Assembly: GCF_036321535.1 (NCBI RefSeq)
Contig: NC_087436.1
Location: forward strand, 94,676,001 to 94,740,000
DNA length: 64,000 nucleotides
From: Camelus dromedarius
Taxonomy: Eukaryota
Direction: 5' to 3'
Made by a program: the position numbers and the translations under genes. The notes under the pieces are model-generated. The model did not search any database. It saw only the letters and a list, made by a program, of their open reading frames with translations, and had not been told where the DNA came from. Below, one piece after another: positions 55,256-64,000 of this stretch; position 1 is the first letter of the stretch; every line of letters starts with the position of its first letter.

Positions 55256-55300
<45 letters not shown>
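55256..55300. repeat. (AC)~22 microsatellite
   Basis: Direct read; perfect repeat. Confidence 0.97.
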
Positions 55301-55304
<4 letters not shown>

Positions 55305-56199
55305 CCCTTTCTAAAACCTCTGTATGGAAACCGTGAATTTCAGACACTTCCACTGAATTCCCATTGGAAGGAAGTCACCCTACTAGCAATGAACAATCAC
55401 ACCTTTAGGTCAGTGCCTGGCATGTGAAAAACATTAAATATCAAAATATTAAATAGAATAACACAATTTCCAATCAATAGTTTTAAATCCTTGGAAGGTA
55501 AAATGGAAAGCAAGTAAATTTTGACTAGTGAAAAAATCCATTGCAAGAAAAGCTAAAGAGCAAACTATTAGAGCAGACTGCACACTGCACTCATCTAAAG
55601 AGCGTTAAAAACCACTGATGCCGTGTGGCCACATCTCAGAGTTTCTAGAATGGGGTTAATTGGTATGAGTTTTGGCCTAAGCATCTACAAGTGATTCCAG
55701 TGGCAGCTAAGGGTGAGAACCATGAGCTATAAAAAAATGTTAAATACTGTATTTAGTTCTGGAGATGAAAAAGAAAACAGAAACAAAAGTAAAATTAATC
55801 ATTTCCTTCATACTAACTGATTTTTATGAATGGGCAGGGAATTCACTGAAACCTTGAATTCTAGTGCAATAGAATTGTTTTTAATAGTTTTTCCTGATGC
55901 CTAAAAATAATGCTTTTTTGTCAAAAAAAAATTTTTGTGGGAATGAGGTAGGCAGGATGTCATCCTTCTTCATGGATGGCCCTAACAGAAGCCTGTTCAG
56001 TAAATGTGAAAGTTCTGTGTTAAAAAAAGAAAACAGGCCAAGTAAACAAAAACACCACTGTAATAACAAGGAATAAAGGTCAAATTATTAAAATGAATTC
56101 TCGTAGTGCTAAGGTCATTTGTTTTTAGTCCTTGTCCTCAAGAAGTTTGTATTTTATTTACAGTGGGCAAATACAAAAGCTAACAAATAAGATTATCCC

Positions 56200-59100
56200 A
56201 GCAACTATTAATTGCTAAAGAGAAGTTAAATACAATCATGGTGAAAGAGCTTTCTGAAGAGATGATATCTGAATGAGGCAGCTACGCAAAGATCTGGGCA
56301 GTTTTCCAAAAGAAAAAAACAAGTGCAAAGGCCCTGAGATTGAAACAGACATGACATTTTCAAGGGATCAGAATAAGGCCAAATGACTGGTAGAATATGA
56401 GATCAGAAGTAAGATCCACATATTGTAGGATCTTGAAATCCAAAACAAGGACTTTAGATTTTATTATGAGTACAGAAGCCACTGGGGCAGGGGGTGGGGA
56501 ATGTGTGACCTGATTTATGATTTATAATCTCACTCTGGCTGCTGTGTTGAAGATGAACTGTGTGCATCAAGAAGGGAGGCAGGAAGCCACTGAAGTCCAG
56601 ATAAGAGATGCTAGGGGCTTTGAGTAAGGTGGTGTCAGTCCAAGTTTTAAGAGCTCAGATTTGAGATACATTTTGGAGGTAGAGCCAATAGGTCACAATG
56701 ATGGCCTGGCAATGAATGGGAGGGAAGAGAAAACAAGAATGGCATCTAGTATGGGGGCCCGAGCAACTGGGTGATTGATGATACAAATTAAGACGGAAAA
56801 GGTTTATGGGAAGGGAAATGAAGGGTGAGAAGGAGCAGATTGCGAGCAAATATTAGTTAGCATAGGGTTAACTTGCTGGAATAAAGAGACTCCAGTGGCT
56901 TAAACCAGACAGACTGAAGTTCTCTTTCATGTAGTAGTTGAGGGATACAAGCAGTCCAGGGGTGATACACCTGCTTCAGGTGTTCAAAACTCAGACTGTC
57001 TTGTTGCTCTACTGACCCCTAGAGCAGTGGAGCTTCTCAGACTGCTAGTCTGTGGTCCCCCCAACGTAGTTGTTCTCTGCATAGTCAAAGATAGTTCCAA
57101 AACAACACCCAATGGGTCAGTGTTCCAGCTAGAGGGGGGGAGGGGAAGGAAATAAGGAGGGCCTGCCTCTTCATTTACGGGATTGTCCTAAACATACATA
57201 TCCCTTCTGTTCATATCCCCTTAGCCAGGACTTCATCATGTGACCAGACCCAAAGCAGACTAGACATTGTAGTCTTCATTACAGGAAGTATCTGTCCAGC
57301 TAAAATTTGGGAATTCTGTTACTAAGTAAGGGCAGTGTGGCTATTGGGGTCAGCTGGCAGTCCCTGCCACAAAGGAAAAACAATACTTAAGTGTTGGCTA
57401 CAATGATCTGACATCCAAGTGGAGATCTTGAGTAGATTAGAGTGTGTGGAGCTAAGTTTCCATCGTAAAGAGAGATACTCTAAAAGCCAACAAAATACAG
57501 ATAGTATTTGAATCTCTGGGACTGGATAAAATCACCTAAAGAGACAATAAAGACAGAGATGAGAAACAAACACATGTATCAATGGAACAGAATAGAAAGC
57601 CCAGAAATAAACCTACGCTTACATGGTCAATTCATCTATGTCAAAGGAGGCAAGAATATACAATGGGGAAAAGCCTCTTCAATAAATGGTGTTGGGAAAA
57701 CTGGACAGCTACATGTAAAAAAAACTGGACTACTTTCTCAAACCATATACAAAAATAAACTGAAGATGGATGAAAGACTTACATATAAGACCTGAAACTA
57801 TAAAACTCCTAGAAGAAAACATAGGCTCTTTGACACTGGTCTTAGCAAAAAATTTTTGGATTGTTTCCTCAGGCAAGCAAAAATAAATCAGACTACATCA
57901 AACTAAAAAGCTTGCACAAGTTTTTGGAAAACTAGGAAACTACCAACAAAACAAAAAGGCAGCCTACTGAATAGGAGAAGATGTGTGCAAAAGATGTATA
58001 CAATAAGGAGTTAATATCAAAAAATACAAAGAATTCATACAACTCAATATAAAAAAACCCCAAACAATCCAATTTAAAGATAGACAGAGGACCTCAATAG
58101 ATATTTTTCCAAAGAAGATATACATATGGCCAACAGGCACATGAAGATGCTCAACATCACACTAATCATCAGGAAAATGCAATTCAAAACCACCTCACAC
58201 TCAGAATTACTATCATCAAAAAGACAAGAAATAACAACTGTAGACAAGGATGTGGAGAAAAGGGAACCCTTGCACACAGTTGGTGGGATTGTAGATTGGT
58301 GTAGCATCTATGGAAAACAGTATGAACTTTCCTCAAAAAATCAGGACTGCCATACTATCCAGCAATTTCATTTCTGGGTATTTACCTGAAGAAAACAAGA
58401 ACACTGACTTGAAAAGATACATGCACCCCCATGATTATTGCAGCATTGTTTTCAGCAGTCAAGATATGGAAGCAACCTAAATGCCCATCTATAGATGAAA
58501 GGATAAAGAAGGTGTGGTATATAAATAAAATAGAATATTACTCAGTCATTAAAAAAAGGAATTTTGCCATGGATGAATCTAGAGGAGATTATGTTAAATG
58601 AAGTAAGTCAGACAGAAAGACAAAAACCATATGATCCTATTTATATATGAAATATAAATAACAAAACAAAATGAAAATAGACTTATAGACACAGAGAACA
58701 AATTGTTGCCAGAGGGGAGGGACTGAGGTAAGGGGCAAAATAGGTGAAGGGGATTAAGAGGTACAATTCTCCAGTTACAAATAAGCCACAGGGATGTAAT
58801 ATACAGCATAAGGAATATGGTCAATAGTACTGTAATAACTTATTTCTGTAATGGGGACAGAAAATTCTAGTAACACTTACTGTAGTGAGCACTTCATAAT
58901 GTATGTAAATGTCAGATCATTATGTAGTGTACCTGAAACTAACAATACTCTATGTCAACTATATTTCAATTTAAAAAAAAAAGAGAACCCCAGGACTGGG
59001 ACCTGGGGTACTGCAACATTTAGAGCTGTGGTCAAGAAAAAGGAACCAAAAAGTAGACTGAAAAGGACCACCCTGTGGCAGAAGAAAATTCTGTGAGTGT

Positions 59101-59460
59101 AATGTCTTGGAAGCCTGAAAAGAAAGCAAATCTCTAGAGGGAGGAGGGCTCAGCGGTGTCAAATTCTACGGAGAAAAATCATGGGGATGGAGAATTGAAC
59201 ATTTTGACAGAAAGAATTCATGGTGAACTTGGTAAAAGATGTTTTGCTGGAGTGATAGGATGACAAACCTGCTGGAGTAGTTAAGGAAAGAACTGGGGGT
59301 AAAAAAGGAGAGACAAAGTATAAGCAACTCTTTGGAGGGGTTTCGCAATGAGCGAGTATAAAGAAATGTGGTAGTAACTTGAGAGGAATATGGGTCTAGG
59401 GCAAAAGGGAGAGGTTTTTATTGCTGTAGTTTTGCTAGATGTAAGATAAGAGTATCTGCA
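56200..59460 (-). mobile_element. Long LINE-2 remnant interrupted by an MLT1-like LTR (~56850-57372) and an L1
   Basis: L2 motifs continue across both inserts (ggataaaatcacctaaagag...|...caggactgggacctgggg). Confidence 0.7.
57562..58983 (+). mobile_element. 5'-truncated older L1
   Basis: [11 protein letters not shown]...KGGKNIQW and ANRHMK...[15 protein letters not shown]2p remnants, 3'UTR and poly-A. Confidence 0.93.
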
Positions 59461-59719
59461 GAGTTGTCAGGGTATACCCACAGAGCCCCCTCCACAGTGG
59501 TATCACCCCTTTATTAGCCTCAGCACCAATGTCATCATGTCTGACAGGAAGACCCACTGAGATCTACATGTTTTTGCCAAGACTCCCTCAAGCCTACCTA
59601 CCTACTCCCTCCCTGCACTAATGGTCTCTCAGTGATAACTGACTTTAGAGACCCTACCATGCTCTTTTCTCCTGTTTATATTGGCATCCACTACAAGTCC
59701 AAGACTCCCAGGCCATCAC

Positions 59720-60270
59720 TCAGCCACTCCCCCAAGCTGATTCAATCTCATACCCTTCCTCATGCCCCAAACCTCCAAAACTCAAGGGTCATCATCAGCA
59801 AACGCCCCATATCTTCAACCTCTTCTCTGAGCAGTCCCTTCATCAAAATATGGCATCTCCTTAAGGGCACTGACTCTCTCACTGCCCTCTCAAATGGGGG
59901 CTGTTTTCTTTCCCAGACCATATAACCAAAGATGTAGGTGTAAAGTGAACTTCACAATTCCTCAGTGTGGCTGTCAGGCTATTGTTTTCTCCTCCCTAAA
60001 ACTCTCCAACTCTTTAGAAGCTCATGCTGGCAAAGTATTCCACTTGATACCGTATTTTCACAGTCATCTATAGGCCTCTGGATTACTCCTCATTCTTTGA
60101 AGATTTTAGCATTGGACCTTCTGCCTGTCTTTTCAACACTCCTCCTATTGAGATTCTATTAGAAGGATAGACAATCCTTCTAATACTCAGTCCCTTAACC
60201 TTTCCTCCAGTAATCTTGCTTTCTACACAACTACAGCCATCCAGTCTCATTGGAAAATCCTAGACCTATA
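59720..60270 (+). mobile_element. LINE-2 endonuclease-region fragment
   Basis: VIYRPLDYSSFFEDFS from 60063 and TALSNGGCFLS resemble L2/CR1 APE-domain motifs. Confidence 0.65.
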
Positions 60271-62169
60271 ATTTCTAATTTATTGCTTGTATATTCCTAA
60301 AAGAATTTTGAAAAATGACATACTATCTTATACATATTTTTCCCTTTTAGAATTCCAATGCAAAGCATACTTGATACTCTTCCTTAACATAGGTTCATAT
60401 GTGTCCTTCCCACTTCAATCACTGTATGTTGATGTCATTTAATTCTTTTTTTCTCTACTTGGCCAAAATACACAAGGAGGCAGAAGAGGTCTAAGCATTG
60501 ACTCATACCTTTTCACCTAAACTTACTTGGCTCCATCTGTGAGCAAACCAAATAGAATCTCTACTCCAGATTCAAAATCACCTTCATTTGCTTTAATACA
60601 ATCGTTGGGTGAAGCCACTAGTGACAGCAAGATCATAATGCAATCTTACATAATCTTACAAGAGATTTTGTAAGACTTGCAGACAACTGGTTAGCTCCAA
60701 AGCATTAAAAGAACTATAACCTCAGCTGCTGTCCTTAGTACCACAATAAATGTGATTAAACACCTTAGAAATTTTGGAGAATGGCTCTGACTTTGGTCAA
60801 TGCTTAGCACATTTTAAGTTGACATTCAACATGTTTCCAGGTGTAATGAATATAGTTTTGTTAATAAAAGTATTAAACATTATATAAGATGAAACCTACA
60901 AGTGGAAAAAATATTAAGATTTGATATAACTAAGTCGAACTACTTTACTGAATAACTCTTGTAAATTTTATCCATGTCAGTTTTATCCAATATCTCTTAA
61001 AATTTTTCACAGTCCTGCAAAATAGTTGTTTTTAAAAGAATCAAGGTCACTAATTTATACGGAATCTTCTGTTTGGAAATTAAACTGTCCAAAATGTCCT
61101 AACTCTGAACTTCAGCTTTAACAAAAATAAATACAAAAGGAGGAAAGGCAGATTTGAATGGTCTTTATTAATCACTACAGGGGATTTCCCCAAAACCAGA
61201 ATTCAATTTATCCCTTTGTTTGGCACCCAGAATTTTACCCCTGGGTAGTGGATCATAGTAGGTTCTGTTTGGGTGAAAGGTAAGCCTTTCTTTTATAAAA
61301 TGGACTGTTCTTGGGCAGATCAATTTTGGGAATGAGTACCTGTGGAAGTTGAGGGGCTAGAAATTGATTCCCTTAAATATATCTGTGCAAGGCAAAACTA
61401 ACCGTTACTATTGAATCCAGGATAGTGCTATCCTTGGTGTGAGATGGGGGCAGGGCTGATGAGGGATATTACTAAAGTTGTATTGCTTTTATTCCCTGAT
61501 CACCTCTTGAATCTGTTCATTTCTCTAAATTTCCATGGCTACTACGCTGGACATACTGCTTCTAATTCTTGATGACGGTAATTGGCTCTGAATTGCTCTC
61601 CCTACGTTCATCCTTTAATTCCTCTAGCCACCTTTTTTGTTTTCCCTAGTTAATGCCTATGTCTCCTTTAAGAGCTCAATTATCACACCTTGAGAAAGCA
61701 TCCCTGACCTGCTATGTTAGATACTTCTATTGTGTATTCCTACAAGACTATGTATTTTTCCTTAATAGAGTTGCAATTTTACATGTATCTGTGTGATTGT
61801 GTTTCCCCATAGAGAGTAACATTTATGAAGGCAAGGAATATATCATTTTTCACTCACAATTATATTCCTAGTGACTAGCACAATCCTATCACATACTAAA
61901 CACTTGGAGAAAATACTTATGGAATGAATAAATCAATGATTTTTAAATTTTAAGAGGAACCAGTTTATAAATTAAAATTCTACATGAAATTTTGACATAT
62001 AAAGCAGAGAAACAGATAAAAGGAGAACTGCTCTGATGTGGAGCAGAAGGAAGTAGGAGACCCAGGGCCCTGTTTGAACCTCCCACTCATTCTCTTTTTC
62101 ACAGATTGACATACCACCAGAGAAACTTAAAGCTCCACAAAACATAATCTGAAAATAATTGGCCTACCT

Positions 62170-62619
62170 CAAGCAGTTCTCAAACTTTTTGTTCTCAGGT
62201 CTCCTTTATACATCTAAAACTTGAAGACCCCCAAAAGTTTTTTCATATTAATTATATCTATTGGTATTTACCCTATAAGAAATGAAAACGGATAAATTAT
62301 AGAAAACACATCAATTCCTTCAAATTAACAATAATAAATTCATTTTATGTTAACATAAATAGCATACTTTATGAAAAATTACTTCTAAGTAAAAAATTAG
62401 CAAGAAGATTGGTATTGCTTTACATTTTTGTAAATCTATAATATATGCCTCGATCTGTTACAATATCACATGTCATACAGTCTCTGGAAAATTCCACTGT
62501 ATGCTTATAAGAGAATAAGAGTGAAAAAGGTGACATATTAGTATTATCATAAAAATATTTTGCCTCCTGGATCTCCTGAAAAGGTCTCAGAGACTGTTAG
62601 CACAATTTGAGAACTGTTG
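62170..62619. mobile_element. hAT Charlie1-derived non-autonomous element
   Basis: TIRs aagcagttctcaaa / tttgagaactgttg; internal similarity to 54699-55003. Confidence 0.8.
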
Positions 62620-62950
62620 TCATATATACAGAAGCTCATTCTAATGAATATTGATATTCTGATTTAATTTCTGAGAAACTATTGTCTGTTTTAAAGATTA
62701 TGATTATTATCAAAATATTAACAAAGAATGTGAAGTCAATACTAGGTAGAAAAATGTTGAATTCAACATAAAGAGAATAATAATAGAAAAGTAGCTTTTA
62801 TTAGAAAGCCAACTGTAATAGGAAATTTAAATCTATGTATATGTCAAGTTCAAAAAGATACCTCTATTATAGTATTTGTCACATGTATGCAATGACATAT
62901 TCAGTTATCTCTACTAGCCTATGAGCTTTGGAAGAAGGAATTGGGTCTTT

Positions 62951-63253
62951 AAAAACTTTAAGTATAGTTGATTTACAATGTTTCAGGTGTACAGCAAAGT
63001 GATCCAGTTATAGATATATATACATTTATAAATATGTATTTTTTCAGATTTTTCCATTATAGATTATTACAAGATAGTGAATATAGTTCCCTGTGCTATA
63101 CAGTAGATCCTTATTGACTATCTATTTTATATACAGTAGTGTGGATCCGTTAATCACAAATTCGTCCCTCCCTTGCCCCTTTCCCCTTTGGTAACCATAA
63201 ATTTGTTCTCTATATCTGTGAGTCTATTTCTGTTTTATAAATAAGTTCATTTG
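62951..63253 (-). mobile_element. Short L1 3' end inserted in L2
   Basis: TSD aggaattgggt(c/t)tt at 62936 and 63254. Confidence 0.85.
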
Positions 63254-63699
63254 AGGAATTGGGTTTTGATCCACTTCGCATCTCCGGTCTCTAGGATAAT
63301 GTCTAACACACAACAGGCACTAACTGTTGGATAAATGAATTTAATTGCATAGAATGTAAAAACCTCTACATATCTTATCATACATTCTACAATCCACAGC
63401 AAACGTGTTTAATCGACATTCAACAGCTTTCTAGTTGTCATCATGCTCCTATCAAGAAATCTATCATCTATATGGTATTTTAATGCACCTTTATAAATTT
63501 CCAATCACTTTAATGATTTATCCTAAAATGGTCTTTAATTTCAAGTACAGATTATATCACTTGTTGTAATTCTTAATTTATTAAGACCAGTTATGATTTT
63601 CCTTTTTTCTTCTTAGATTTGAGGTTTAATATGATCTTCTAGTGGGGAAAGAGGAACAGAACTGTTCGCCACATTAAAAGTGGAAGGCTCCATACGTTA

Positions 63700-64000
63700 A
63701 TTTTACTCTTTCTTATACACGGCACTTACATCTTGCATGCTCTCTGCTATACATCACGCACGGACATCTCAGATCCTTAATTTGGCAGGAGTATCAGGAA
63801 AATGTGTCTGGAGGGCGTGGCTGTCCCGCTTCTCCACCCAGGGATCAGGGCGGGGACCACTAACTAGTCCAGTCATGATGGGATTCAGTAGCCTCCAGAC
63901 GTGAGGCGCCTCCTTCCCAGAAGCGGCCGGTCGGACGTAAAGTGACTAAACCCTGGGCCGCCAGCCCGGAGGCTGCGGTAGATCTAGGAGCCTAGAAGGG
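63700..64000. promoter_or_regulatory. Edge of a CpG island/GC-box promoter, probably UGDH (by synteny)
   Basis: About 15 CpGs in 300 bp against a CpG-depleted background; GGGCGTGG 63813-63820 and GGGCGGGG 63848-63855. UGDH lies downstream of SMIM14 in human (recalled); no UGDH exon is visible here. Confidence 0.7.

Overview
AT-rich, repeat-dense placental mammal genomic DNA. It is most likely camelid, judging from tRNA-derived Vic-1-like SINEs and matching young L1 3' ends. The one protein-coding gene I can support is SMIM14 (C4orf34) on the + strand. It has four coding exons (21153-21227, 37833-37881, 46841-46983, 49077-49109) with canonical GT-AG introns, and they splice to a 99-aa single-pass membrane protein. 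The ORF track misses it because the exons are short. A ~3 kb 3'UTR follows, with tandem poly(A) signals and two miR-1/206 8mer sites. The first non-coding exon was not found and probably lies upstream of the window. The last ~300 bp begin a CpG island with GC boxes, by synteny probably the UGDH promoter. The rest is interspersed repeats (L1, L2, MIR, MaLR/ERV LTRs, DNA transposons, SINEs); subfamily names come from recalled consensus sequences, not a search. I found no novel multi-gene system. The most unusual items are atypical insertions (an internal L1 ORF2 fragment with a TSD and no tail, a 220-bp insert inside an exact 40-bp duplication, a SINE with a triplicated A-box) and candidate cryptic 5'UTR exons.
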